NCBI GenBank assembly: GCA_040285855.1
Contig: JAUFOQ010000006.1
Span: 1,674,001-1,738,000, forward strand
DNA from: Eukaryota sp. GEM-RC1
Taxonomy: Eukaryota
Length of the DNA: 64,000 nt
Reading direction: 5' to 3'
Part shown: positions 1 to 11,669 of the stretch, piece after piece
Layout: every line of letters starts with the position of its first letter
How positions within the stretch are numbered: the first letter of the stretch is position 1
Translations under genes and position numbers: made by a program
The notes under the pieces: model-generated
Told to the model about the DNA's origin: nothing
What the model saw: only the letters and a program-made list of their open reading frames with translations
Databases searched by the model: none

Positions 1-99
1 TACTTGTCGTACCCGTTTGTACTTTCGTTGTAAGGTTCTCTCATTGAATCTTCAACATCATTACTTAATCACATTTTGTTTTAAAAATACTTATGGATT

Positions 100-840
100 G
101 TAATTGTAATAGATATAGAACTTGATGTCATTAAAACTACATCCGTCGCTATCAATTCTTACCACAGCTCTGTCCGCATGAAAAGAACTCACAGCTAGTA
201 AAGCTTTGGAGATGATTAGGGAAACTTTACATTTCAACAATAAAAATATGATTTAATACGTTTGTTCATTCTATATTTTATGATATTTTCAAAATCGTTT
301 AAAGAATTCCATGCACTTCTTTCAGAGCGATCATACTAGTAGATTGAAACAGCAAAAGGGCATAATCCGTATTCAACGTGTTTTACATGTATTAAAGCCA
401 TCAATGGTTTCTTGTAGTTATCCTGTTTGGCTTCTTCAGAAATATCTAAATGAGAAAATTCAGAGTAAGCATTCTTTATGAATGTCTTTTTACAAACATC
501 CACGACGCCACATCGACAACAAACAATTTGTCTGAAAAGAAGGGACAACACATCTGCTCTCCGTTTACTAAGAAATTGGTTAGTCAATGGTGGTTAGAAG
601 AAATTATGGAAGAAGTGGTGGAAGATGGGCAAGAAGAGCAAATCCAATAATAACATACTAGTATCCTTCGGGAAATTGTGTTCTGAGTACGCTAAAGTTT
701 TCAATCAAAATTTGTGGTTGAGTAGGTTAACGTTTGCGTTGTTTCGTTCAATGCACAGATCTTTTAATTCAATTTTAGGTAAGTTGTTCGGTGATGGACA
801 GAAGGATCATAGTTTAGATACTTTAGTTAGTGTCTGTTAG
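100..840. mobile_element. Degenerate fragments of an RLE-type non-LTR retrotransposon (endonuclease and 3' region), in both orientations
   Basis: Minus-strand remnant 'RRADV...DVCK...EEAKQDNY...PFAVS'. Plus-strand 625-840 'FNQNLWLSRLTFALFRSM' matches the C-terminus at 43047-43274. About 100-580 is homologous to about 32230-32710. Confidence 0.65.
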
Positions 841-1564
841 TTATGAACTTCTGCAAATGCATTTATTTCACTGATTGATCATAAACCCCGTTTTTTTATG
901 ATAACAAGCAGTCATATTATGAGTATTGGTCTTGGAAGTTGAATCCAGCAATATCACATTGTGAAAGAGTCTGATGACTGGAACGCTCTGTTGGTGAACA
1001 ACCAGTAAGCCAGTTTTAGTCGTTTTGGTTCACGTTCAGTGATGTCCGTGGTGTACTCTTTACAACAACTACACTTTATATAACAGGAGATGCCAATTTT
1101 ATGTGCATAAAGGTGAAAGCTAAACCCCATTTCAGTGAATCAGCTTTACATTGAGTCAAAAGCTCATCAAAATTAGAGCTTTCTTTAAGATGTAGAGGGA
1201 TATCATGAATGTTGGACATGAAAAGTACAAAGAAAGCCAAATCAAAAATGATAGCCAATTTTGTGGTACAAACATAGCCACATTAGAAAAAACGCATCAA
1301 AGACACTGTGTGGACACGCGTGTTAACACCCGACACAGAGTCTTTAAAAAAAACACGGCTAGGGCAATTTGGAACACTGACTTGAACTACTGTGACCGTA
1401 CACGTGAGTATACACAGCAAGGCTGTTTCTTAACTGGTTTACATTGTTAGAGAGATCCTTAAGAAAAGCTATGAAATATACACAATGTCAAATGATATTT
1501 TCAAACCCACGAAAGACAAAAGGGATTCTGAATATTGTTGGATTTGAGACAACGCTAATCTAAC

Positions 1565-2165
1565 CATAGTTGGGAAATACACTTTTTGTATTTTTTGTTT
1601 TTTTTGTTTTTTTTGTTTTTTTTGTTTTTTTTGTTTTTTTGTTTTTTGTTTTTTTGTTTTTTTTGTTTTTTTCCAGAAAGCCAATTTTGACTATGCAAGT
1701 GGTCATATGCCTCGAATTTGCATGTTTCAGTTATCACAACAACTAATCAGTCCATAAATCAGTAACATTAAGTTATGAATCTACTTAACAAACACAACAT
1801 TCATAGTATTCTTCTGTAAAACACATTTTGGTTGTGCCCAGTACCTTTGAATTGGTCGTAAAATAGACGGACTAATTAATTAAGATTGTGTTATAATTGA
1901 GACGTGATCAAAATACGTAATCAACGACACCAAATTTGAGATGAAAGTTCCAGATACGCTTTGCAAAATGTAAACACTCAATGTGAGTGGTAAATCAGAA
2001 TGTAGAATCTGATCATGTCTCAGGATTAACCGAAAGTGACATTAAATGTTGATATTGAGCGGTATTTCTAATATTTCAACAAATGCAAATTCCAAAATAT
2101 ATTTATGTTAGAAATTTGTATTTTTTTGTATTTTATTTTCGGAGGTGGTGTATTTCCCAACTATG
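1565..2165. mobile_element. Non-autonomous hAT-type element (MITE)
   Basis: Perfect 18-bp TIR CATAGTTGGGAAATACAC; perfect 8-bp TSD AATCTAAC (1557-1564 / 2166-2173); subterminal (T)nG array. Confidence 0.9.
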
Positions 2166-2224
2166 AATCTAACGATTTACGAAAAGTCAGGTACTAGTAC
2201 AAAAGAGAAACAAACAGATTAAAA

Positions 2225-3841
2225 CTAGAAAAGGTCTTGTACAGCTTGAGTAGTTCCAACAGCTGCAGTCATACAACCTACAACAATAGAGAAGATACAC
2301 ATGGACTTGGTCAATTTGGTAACAGGTAAACCACAATACAGTCTCACAAACGCAGGGAATACAAACACAATGATAGAGGCAACCAAAGATCCAGAGAAGG
2401 AGAAAACAATCAAAACATCAGGAACTAAAAGAGCAACAAACACCGTAAAGTAGACAATACCCAAGGTTACTAGGACACGTTGCTTGGAGGTCAATCTGTC
2501 AGTTCCTGTTGCTTCTGGTTTAGAGTACTCTTCCAGAGCTGCTTCGTAAGTAAACCCATCAGTTTTACCTAGATCTAATGAATGATCTACTTCTTCTTCA
2601 GCTGCGGCAGGGATTGGCTGAATGTCAATAGTTGTTTCATCGATGTCAAGAATAGAAGGTGTATGTGATTCTTCTCTTTTCTTATCAAGAGATCTACGTA
2701 AAGCATCCGTGTCAATATCAACATCAGAAAGACTGACGTTCTCGTCGTCGTCAGTATGATCAGTTAATCTATCAGTCTCACTGAACTCATCTACATGTTC
2801 TGCATCTATAAAGGAACTTCTGGAGTAGCTTTTGGGAATTCTAGTTTGGATGATTTCAGGTAGTGCAACGCCCTGTTCTCCCTCTACTTTGTCCATTTTA
2901 GTATCGTTAAAGAACAAATCTGCAATTGAATCTCGAACATAAAGAGCTAGAATTGGAAATGATACAGTTACTAGTGAAAAAAGTAAGAAATTGGCCAAGA
3001 GTACTCCTGAGCGAGAGCTATCTAAATTCTCAAGAAAATTACCGCGCACTGAATCACCAATGAGAAGATAGTAGGATATACCTATAACGGTGAGGACTGT
3101 ACCAATACAAGAGAAAGCCACAATGATGATTCTTCTAAAGGAAGCAACTGAACGATCACGAAGAGCCTTGTAGAGTCCAAAGGCACCAACGTGAGCAGCG
3201 TACATGAACCCATAGAGTCCAACTCCTACAAAGAACGTCTCAAACTTGAAGAGGTATACCTCACCTTGTTCTGTTTCGGGGTCTAAGAAAGAAATATCGT
3301 TTACATTAGTTTGAAACATGGCGTAAATTCCGTAGATAGCCATGTAAACAGCAACAAGAGCAGCGGTACTGGAAGCGTAAGCGAGAGCGCCTACAGTTTT
3401 CTGTAAAGAGAGCGGGAGTAGAACAACGGTAGCGATGATAACCAAGCAAACATGTCCAGAGACGAACCACTTGCCATTGATGCTGGGGAATACCCAGATC
3501 AACAAGCTAGGGAGAGACGATGAAATAATTACAGCGTAAGTGAGGATACAGAACCATGCATAGAGAAGAACTGTGATATTCATTCCGATGCCATAGCTTC
3601 GGTTTTTTGGGAAAACATCGAGAAGTAAGGCTTGGAAAGAATATTTTCGGCGATGGTCACCACTTTCAATTATCCAGTTGAAGGCGATGATAGAGATAAT
3701 AAGATAAAGGATGTTCGTGATTCCACCCAATAACACCCCCTGGGATCTAAAGGCTGATGCGGAAGCAACTACACCAGCTCCCAAACATGTATTGATGAAA
3801 CTGATGGTTATAGAGAGAGGGCTTGATCCCACATTTGTCAT
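2225..3841 (-). CDS. Amino-acid transporter, AAAP/Aa_trans family (SLC38/AVT-like), 538 aa
   Basis: Intact ORF; N-terminal 'INTCLGAGVVA' TM1 motif; about 11 hydrophobic segments; 'SFP' and 'FVFPA' motifs; long acidic loop. Confidence 0.9.
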   Translation of the reverse strand: MTNVGSSPLSITISFINTCLGAGVVASASAFRSQGVLLGGITNILYLIISIIAFNWIIESGDHRRKYSFQALLLDVFPKNRSYGIGMNITVLLYAWFCILTYAVIISSSLPSLLIWVFPSINGKWFVSGHVCLVIIATVVLLPLSLQKTVGALAYASSTAALVAVYMAIYGIYAMFQTNVNDISFLDPETEQGEVYLFKFETFFVGVGLYGFMYAAHVGAFGLYKALRDRSVASFRRIIIVAFSCIGTVLTVIGISYYLLIGDSVRGNFLENLDSSRSGVLLANFLLFSLVTVSFPILALYVRDSIADLFFNDTKMDKVEGEQGVALPEIIQTRIPKSYSRSSFIDAEHVDEFSETDRLTDHTDDDENVSLSDVDIDTDALRRSLDKKREESHTPSILDIDETTIDIQPIPAAAEEEVDHSLDLGKTDGFTYEAALEEYSKPEATGTDRLTSKQRVLVTLGIVYFTVFVALLVPDVLIVFSFSGSLVASIIVFVFPAFVRLYCGLPVTKLTKSMCIFSIVVGCMTAAVGTTQAVQDLF

Positions 3842-4056
3842 GTGTCTTGATGAAATTCCTCATCCAACCCAACCTCAATTATTGAAAAGAATTCCTACTG
3901 AAATGAACATCCAGCGCTGCTTTCAGTGCATTCGACTCTTTATGAATTCATTACTTCACGTTTATGGGCAACTGTTGTACATTTGGATTCTTGATCTCTT
4001 TCCATTTTGTGATACCTAAGTATGGGAAAGGGAATAAAAGGTGTTTATGTTATGAA

Positions 4057-4983
4057 TAGGGATGGTAATGGATTGGTTTGGTTTGGTTTTGGTTCTCAAA
4101 ATTTAAACTAATCCAACCCAGAACCACACACGTCTAAACCACACCAAACCAGCACCATAGACGTCTGAACCAAACCAGAACCACGAACCATATGGTTCTA
4201 TTTATTTGTATCAATAGTTTTGTGTTTACTTGGAATAATACAATACACATTTTTCTTACATTTCTGTTATACAATATCTTTTGGGAAAGGAACCTCAATC
4301 TCAACCTGAAGCTGAACCCCAAACTGAAGCTCGCCCTACTTCTCCAACGAAGTATATCGTGTGAAACTACTTCTCGAAAATTGGTAGAAAGGCAAGATGC
4401 TCTTTACGTCTCCCTAAAATTCAAAATTAAAATCTACCGAGATTTCTAGATATCTTGCGAAAGAAACAATCGGACCAGGCAAAGATTCATTGGAGTGGTG
4501 GTGCTCATCTAGAAATCGTTGTCCGTGGGCTTTTCAAAATTGCAAGGCACTTTCTCGCAATTCAAGCCACAACTTCTTCTTAAAAACAACTACTTTCTTT
4601 GTTGGATGTACCGTGACCACATTACGTAATCGATTAAGCTATGATAGTGTATAAGCCTTGATGACTATGGGATCTTGTCTCCAAAACAACATTAGATGAT
4701 AGTTGATCTATTGTGAAAGCGTAAATATCTACTTTAATATACATATATTATTAAAAATGAGGTTTCAAATACTTTTGTTCGTAGGCACTTTTAGGATGTT
4801 ATGTAAGTAAAATATATGCCGAAGTCATCATGGTTCTGGTTTGGTCCTGGTTTGATTCTGGTTTTTGCAGTTGGGACCAAACCAGAACCAGAACCATGAT
4901 GGTTCCGGATTTTAGAACCAAACCAAACCAGACCAAACCAATCCATTGGTTTAACGGAACCATTGGTTTTTCTGCCATCCCTA
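4057..4983. mobile_element. Non-autonomous hAT element with Ac-like ends
   Basis: TIR TAGGGATGG; 8-bp TSD GTTATGAA/GTAATGAA (1 mismatch); subterminal AACCA(G/A)A arrays at both ends. Confidence 0.85.
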
Positions 4984-5339
4984 GTAATGAAATTATACTA
5001 CTTGATACTATACAATTACCTTTGGCTAACACTTGAATTTAACACTACACTTCATGATTCATTGTTGTACATGTAAATGACGAACCAAATTCCAGTACAA
5101 CGTATTTATGATTTGAAAGATAGTGTGTACTTCAAACCAGAACATGCATCAGTTGCTTATGGATTTCTCTTCAATCTTATCAAAAGTAATATATTCGACG
5201 TTGTACAATAAAAATGATAAGAAAAATGCAATCATGCATCTAAAAAAACAGTTTATTGATGGTGGGTACAAAAATACATATCCTAAAAAAAGCTATGAAA
5301 CACTAGACAACGCAAATTCCTGGACAACAGTACCACAGT

Positions 5340-6365
5340 TTTATTACAACTTTGTGAAAATTGTTTTAAAAAACTTAGGCACTGAACGGAACAAAGAAAA
5401 CATCAAACGGTTATGCCAAATTGATAAGTTAAATCTCTTATTCTGAGACTTACACATAGATCCAAAATCAGTTAAAAACTTAGAAGCCATTTCACCAATA
5501 CTACCAAAAATAGAAATAGCAAATGGAACAAATACAAATTTTGATTCTACATTTTGATTGAGTTTAGCAACATCTTTGGAATACAAATCAATTTTACGTT
5601 TTTCAGCTGTTTCTAGGTGATTAAAACCTTTTGAATTCAAGCCATTAACATAAGTTTATTTGGAGCATAGTATATCGAAATTTGGGACCACAGCTACTAG
5701 TATTGACTTCGTACGTTCGTTAGAGGTTTTGTGTAATGATTTCGGTAAAAAGTTCAATAGTGGTTTTTGTAAAGATCGTCTAGTATTTGATTTATTTCGT
5801 TCTATGAATTATTACTTTGAGGATGTCTTGAAGAGTTTGTTTGGTGGGGAGAAGGTTATGTGATGGAGTAGGTTTGTCTGTCTATTTTACTTTCTTTAGT
5901 GTAAGTTTTTAGAATAAACGCTTTTTTCTTTGTGATATTTAAGAGTTTATTTGCAACAATGAATTAATACATACTAATTCAGAAAATGAAAGAAGTTAAA
6001 TTCTCCACATCAACACGAGAATTGTCCCTATACAACTTCGAATAAATGGAACATAAATACTTGGGAATGCTTCTATAAAGAGCGAGCATAATTCGATTAA
6101 TCCATACAGCGCTATTAAACACCTTGCCATTAGAACGACACAAAAGACTAAAATCACTGAAAAACTTTTAAACTGGCTGGACCAATATTACCAAAAATTG
6201 AAATGACAAATGGAACAAATGAAAACTTAGAATATAGATTTTCATTAAGCTTCTGCAATGCATCCGCATAATTTGAACACTTTCGTTGTTCAGCCTTTTC
6301 CAGATGACCATTCGAATCATTCAATATGGAGTCTTGGTAGACTTTTGCAAACGGGTCAACTGTAA
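5340..6365. mobile_element. Three jumbled RLE-domain/3'-end fragments of the CRE-like non-LTR element
   Basis: 'AEKRKIDLYSK...FVPFAISIFGSIG...WHNRLMFSLFRS' (5344-5640, minus); a plus-strand remnant at about 5720-5860; a minus-strand remnant at about 5950-6360 ('VDPFAKVY...EKAEQRK...FVPFVIS'). Confidence 0.75.
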
Positions 6366-7368
6366 AATACTTTAAATTGGGATATACTTTATTTTCGCTA
6401 TAATGTTACTTTAAGGTCACTGAAGCATAGTTGCAAATTATAACATACTGTATTTTTGGTATTATATACATTTTTTGTATTATGTATGGTATCTTTTTCG
6501 GGAAAAGCGTATTTGTATTTGTTGTGTTTTTTCTCCATTTCTGTGTGACCAAACGAACATTTGAACTCTTGGTGCATTTTAGAAATCAATGGACCATTGG
6601 GTTGATAAATAAAAAGAAGTCAAAGAATGCATACCGAAAAGGTAAACCATGATATCCCTGAAGATGAATGACGTTTGCAGTCGTTGGAACTCAATACACA
6701 TAGTCTTCTGATTCACTTAATCCAGTATTATGTATTATAATAGTATTATGTAGTGTATTGTTGTATTCTGTATTGTCCATTTAATTTGTTTTCCAGTGTA
6801 TTTTACAAATACGCAATAGAGTATGACCTGATCTCAATCCCCTGTTCAAGTTTGGGCTATGGAGGGACACTATGTGCCAAATCTTGAACCCAACGATCAG
6901 TTCAGCTTTGCTCTGTCAATAACAACCGTCAAAATTTAGCCAACGTATCTGCCTAAACTTCCTACTTAATAATCCATTCCAAATCTAGAAAGAGTCATTG
7001 ACACACACTTGTTTAGTGTTTACTAGTAATATTTTGTAGTTTTTGGTGAGTTTCTACAATATAGATTGGGTAATGATGGCTTTTTTGGACATCTGTGATC
7101 ACCAGACTAACATTGAAGTTCTGTTACTCTCATTTTGGATGCTGCAAGTAAAGTAAAGTGAAGTGACTAAGGTACTTTATCACTTTAATGAAGCCTGATG
7201 TCAAGATTTACATTTATTTCCTACACCAGAAACCAATAAAATTGGCAAACTAGAATCACGATGATCAACCAAGAGGTATACTAGTACTATTTGAAAAATA
7301 CAGTTTACGTACAAATATAACTATTGTTTGATATACATCATGAAAAAGAAAAACACTACATTCAACTT

Positions 7369-8394
7369 TTAAAACCCAGGCTCCTCCAATGCCAGCACTT
7401 GGAAAGGATCATCGTCCTGCAACACCAACTGACCATATCCAAGAAGATAGGGTGTTGCTGACAAAGTAGGGATGATTGCAGGCTTTCCGGCAACAGTGGT
7501 TTCTGAGACCTTGCACTTAAACTGTGATCCAATGATTGAAGTGATGGTGTAAGGTTCAGTTGAAATGAGTCCTCGCTTGTGAAGTAAACTGGATAACGCC
7601 GAAGTACCAGAACCACATGGAGAACGATCAATTGACGAGTTACCAAAGATAACACAGTTCGAAAAGGTCTTAGTGTCATAGAACAAGATGAGGGGTACAC
7701 CTCGGATTTGGTCATCATCCGGATGTTTGACGTCAACGGTCTTGTTAACATAATCTCTGATCTTAGGCCCTAGCTCGGCGAAAACAATGGCGTTGTTCTT
7801 CTTAACGGAAATTTGGTCAGTAACATCGACGAGAGCAAAGAAGTTACCCCCATAGCCTACATCGATGGGCAAAGTAACACCGTTGTAATCGAATGAAAGA
7901 CCTGAAGTGTGGACGAAGGAAGGCACATTTTGCAGGCTGACAGATAAGACTTTCTTTTGCTTTGAACTGAACTGAACGCGGAGCACAATGACACCAATGG
8001 CAGTACTTACTCTAACTTCGTTGAGTCCATCTTGGAGAGAAATTAGAGAGTACATTTGAGCAGCAATTACTGAGCACACGGTTGCGTGTCCACACATCTT
8101 GAGCAATTGGCGACGTTCGAAGAAGATTATAGAATAGTCACATGATGGATCAATAGAAGGAAACAAAAAAGCACCGAAGGAACCGGAACCACCACGGGGC
8201 TCGAAAACAGCAGCGGAACTTACAGTTTTGTATTTAGTGGATATAGCGTTAAAGACAGACTCCCAGTCCCCGAATGACTCTGAGAGCTTAATACAACGAG
8301 CAATCATACCAGTTGTATGGACATCAATAATGGGATAACTGACATCGGTGGCAATATTCAGATTAAAGTCCGAATGTTGATCAAGGCTATTCAT
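7369..8394 (-). CDS. Proline racemase (PRAC family), 341 aa
   Basis: Motifs D-x-H-T-x-G, EPRG, MCGH and DRSPCGSGT with both catalytic Cys; 'YGGNFFA'; Phe in 'SFGAFLF' and 'NCVIFG'. Confidence 0.9.
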   Translation of the reverse strand: MNSLDQHSDFNLNIATDVSYPIIDVHTTGMIARCIKLSESFGDWESVFNAISTKYKTVSSAAVFEPRGGSGSFGAFLFPSIDPSCDYSIIFFERRQLLKMCGHATVCSVIAAQMYSLISLQDGLNEVRVSTAIGVIVLRVQFSSKQKKVLSVSLQNVPSFVHTSGLSFDYNGVTLPIDVGYGGNFFALVDVTDQISVKKNNAIVFAELGPKIRDYVNKTVDVKHPDDDQIRGVPLILFYDTKTFSNCVIFGNSSIDRSPCGSGTSALSSLLHKRGLISTEPYTITSIIGSQFKCKVSETTVAGKPAIIPTLSATPYLLGYGQLVLQDDDPFQVLALEEPGF

Positions 8395-8534
8395 GAACTG
8401 CGAGAAAAATGAAAAGATGACATCTGCTACTCACTAGTACTGCAATGTAGTGTCACATCTTTGATTGATCATTTACGTACATTGATTGGCTACACTGTTG
8501 TGTTTTCTGGCAGATTTCATAAAATCTTTCAACA

Positions 8535-9443
8535 CAGGGATCGAAAAAAATATATTGCAATGTATTTCTAGCATAAAAAATGTACAACAAATATATTGGA
8601 AAATGTGATCATTGCAATAAATATATTGGAAACTGAGATGATTGCAATAAATAATTGCAATATATTGCAATATTTTGGGTAAAATTTGGTTCGTGAAATG
8701 TCAGAAACTGAGACGTCCTGCTGAAATTTACTGACTGAAAATCAACCACTACATGTAGTAGACCGTCAGATCTTTTAGTCATTTACCCTTTCAGATACAT
8801 GCATAAGAACATTAATTATACTTCTTAACGTACTGTAAATCTTGACACCGCTTCTGATCATAATGTACGCTCAGACATCACAACCCATCTTTCTACTTTG
8901 CTCTTCTGTTGGTATCAATACTTATTTACTTCAATGGTTCCTATGATGTGATGTATATGCATGTTTCAACTTTTCAGCGATTCGTCACGTACATATACCA
9001 CGTTCATTACAGTCCCACCTACTACATGATAAGACTTCCCGCTTCCTGGTACAGACTCTGAGCAGGGATCGAAAAGAATAAATTGTATTGCTGGGTGGCA
9101 CTATGATTGGAACGTGTCTTTATTGATACGTAAATTAACACATGTACCAGTTTCCACAAATCTCATTGCTTGAAGTATGTGTTGAGTGATGACAATAGAG
9201 ATGTAGAACCCAACTGTAGGTCCCCTTTTAACTTTCTTGGACTTGGAGTGGATATGCAGTGAAAGAAAATGTTCTTATTAACAAGACTTGTTAGAGTTAC
9301 TCTGCATAAATCTCGTTGTGACATATTGCAATATATTGGAAATATATTGCAATAAATATATTGCGCATCAAAAGACGTGCAATATTTGTTGCAATATAAT
9401 TTATTTCAATATATTGCAATACAATTTATTTTTTCGATCCCTG
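8535..9443. mobile_element. Non-autonomous hAT-like element with ATATTGCA subterminal repeats
   Basis: TIR CAGGGATCGAAAAAA; TSD degenerate (TTTCAACA / CAACAACA); extra internal TIR copy at 9063; remnant of the same family at about 53185-53315. Confidence 0.75.
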
Positions 9444-9593
9444 CAACAACACTACAGTGTACATACATCTAATAATCAATATCCTCAAAGTCCAGGTTGC
9501 TTATCTGGAGATACCTACTTTATCCTCATAATGTCTACCAGGAGATAATAATGACATTAACAGTTGGAAATTTGGCCATCAGTCTACCAGACT

Positions 9594-11153
9594 ATGAGTA
9601 ACCATGGATCCGGTCCCCTTTCCATCACAGTGAATCTCGTGAATACCGTTCTCGGTGCTGGTCTGGTTGCTTCTGCATCAGCTTTTAAATCACAGGGAGT
9701 TATACTTGGAGCATTTACAAACATCCTTTATCTTGTTATTTCCATTATCGCCTTCAACTGGATTATCGAATGTGGGGATCATAGGCGAAAGTACTCTTTT
9801 CAAACCTTGCTTCTTGATGTGTTCCCAAAATACAAGAGTTGTGGTTTTGGTATTAATGTCATTGTTCTGCTCTTCACATGGTTCTGTATTCTCTCTTATG
9901 CTATCCTAATCTCCTCGTTTATGCCAAACCTTGTAACTTTGGTTGTACCCAGTATCGAAGGAAAGTGGTTCGTATCTGGTCAAGTTTGTTTGATTGTCAT
10001 CGCTACTACAGTGCTACTCCCTCTTTCATTACAAACAACTGTCGGTCCTCTGGTTTACGCTTCAAGTGCCGCTGCTCTGGTTGTTCTTTATTTGATGATC
10101 TATGGTGTTTACGCCCTTGTTAAATCAAATTCTACTAGTGTTTCTTTCTTGGACCCTGAAATCGAACAAGGTGAAGTATACCTTTTCAAGTTTGATACAT
10201 TCTTTGTTGGAGTTGGACTCTATGGCTTCATGTACGCTGCCCACGTTGGTGCTTTTGGACTCTACAAGGGTCTCCGTAATCGTTCAGTTGCATCGTTTAG
10301 AGTAATTACTTTTGTAGCTTTTTCTTGTATTGGTTCTATCCTCACCGTTGTCGGAATTTGTTATTATCTTCTTATTGGTGATGCTGTTCGTGGTAATTTC
10401 CTAGATAGCTTAGATGGCTGTCGTTCAGGGGTATTACTAGCTAATTTCTTGCTTTTTTCACTAGTAACTGTATCATTTCCGATTCTAGCTCTGTATGTTC
10501 GAGATTCTCTTGCTGATTTGTTCTTTAGTACACCTATAATGGTGGCTGTAGAAGGAGAAGATTGTGAAGCACTCTCCAACATCTTCTCCAGAAGTTCAGA
10601 TGAGTATAATGAGATCGGTAGATTAACAAATCATACTGACGACGATGAGAACAATCTTTCTAATGTTGATATTGACACTGATGCTTTACGGCCCCTTGAT
10701 ATGAAGATGTCTGAATTACGTACGTCGCCTCTGATTGACCTTGATGAAACATATGTCGATGTTCTTCCGATTCCTGCCGCAGCCGAAGAAGAAGACCATT
10801 CATTGGATCTTGGTAAAACTGATGAATTTACTTACGAAGCAGCTCTAGACTACTCTAAACCAGAAGCAACAGGAACTGACAGATTGACCTCCAAGCAACG
10901 TGTCCTAGTAACCTTGGGTATTGTCTACTTTACAGTGTTTGTTGCTCTTTTAGTTCCTGATGTTTTGATTGTTTTCTCCTTTTCTGGATCTTTGCTTGCT
11001 TCCATTATTGTGTTTGTATTCCCTGCGTTTGTAAGACTCTATTGTGGTTTGCCTGTTACCAAATTGACCAAGGCCATGTGTATCTTTTCTATTGTTGTAG
11101 GTTGTATGACTGCAGTCGTTGGAACAACTCAATCTGTACAAGTTCTATTATAA
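9594..11153 (+). CDS. Amino-acid transporter, AAAP/Aa_trans family; paralogue of 2225-3841
   Basis: Colinear with the 538-aa paralogue; ATG at 9594 (MSNHGSGPLSIT) aligns with MTNVGSSPLSIT. Confidence 0.9.
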   Translation: MSNHGSGPLSITVNLVNTVLGAGLVASASAFKSQGVILGAFTNILYLVISIIAFNWIIECGDHRRKYSFQTLLLDVFPKYKSCGFGINVIVLLFTWFCILSYAILISSFMPNLVTLVVPSIEGKWFVSGQVCLIVIATTVLLPLSLQTTVGPLVYASSAAALVVLYLMIYGVYALVKSNSTSVSFLDPEIEQGEVYLFKFDTFFVGVGLYGFMYAAHVGAFGLYKGLRNRSVASFRVITFVAFSCIGSILTVVGICYYLLIGDAVRGNFLDSLDGCRSGVLLANFLLFSLVTVSFPILALYVRDSLADLFFSTPIMVAVEGEDCEALSNIFSRSSDEYNEIGRLTNHTDDDENNLSNVDIDTDALRPLDMKMSELRTSPLIDLDETYVDVLPIPAAAEEEDHSLDLGKTDEFTYEAALDYSKPEATGTDRLTSKQRVLVTLGIVYFTVFVALLVPDVLIVFSFSGSLLASIIVFVFPAFVRLYCGLPVTKLTKAMCIFSIVVGCMTAVVGTTQSVQVLL

Positions 11154-11669
11154 GGTTCTTATTCGTGTCGTATTATGATCTGTTCTCTTTAATGGTGTAT
11201 TCTATATTCTTAATATCACAACACCCTTAAACAGTTTCCAATAATGGAAGAAAATACCCACTGTCGAAAATTTTGTCTGACCTTTTTTTGTAATATTTTG
11301 TGTATGTGAAATGACTTCTCGGTCTATAATTGATTCTTTGTCTTATCCTAACTTGCAGTAAAAGCTGGTCCAAAAGTACCCTATAGCGACATCGCAAATG
11401 GTTGAAACACAAAAGAATTGTACCTCTCAACATTCGATTGGTTAATTAAATGATAGTACCTTGTATTTCTTCCTGTACACATGTTAACCATTGGTCAAGA
11501 GTAAGTTGAATATCTGTGTTACTCACATCTTCCTTAAATGTAAAGCGTGCAGTATTTGCACCTATAGTTTAGTTATCAAACAGTGAGATAAGCGATAGAG
11601 TATTTTACAGTAGGACTTGGATTTTAGTAAAAGACTTAGTGTAACTAATGTTGGTAATCCCGTCTACTA

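Noticed and set aside
1469..1737. Lys/Gln/Asn-rich ORFs
   Set aside because: They are translations of the (T)nG subterminal array of the 1565-2165 MITE.
6427..6826. Additional hAT MITE with GTATT repeats (similar case at about 40209-41111)
   Set aside because: The repeat texture is suggestive, but no matching TIR pair or TSD could be established.
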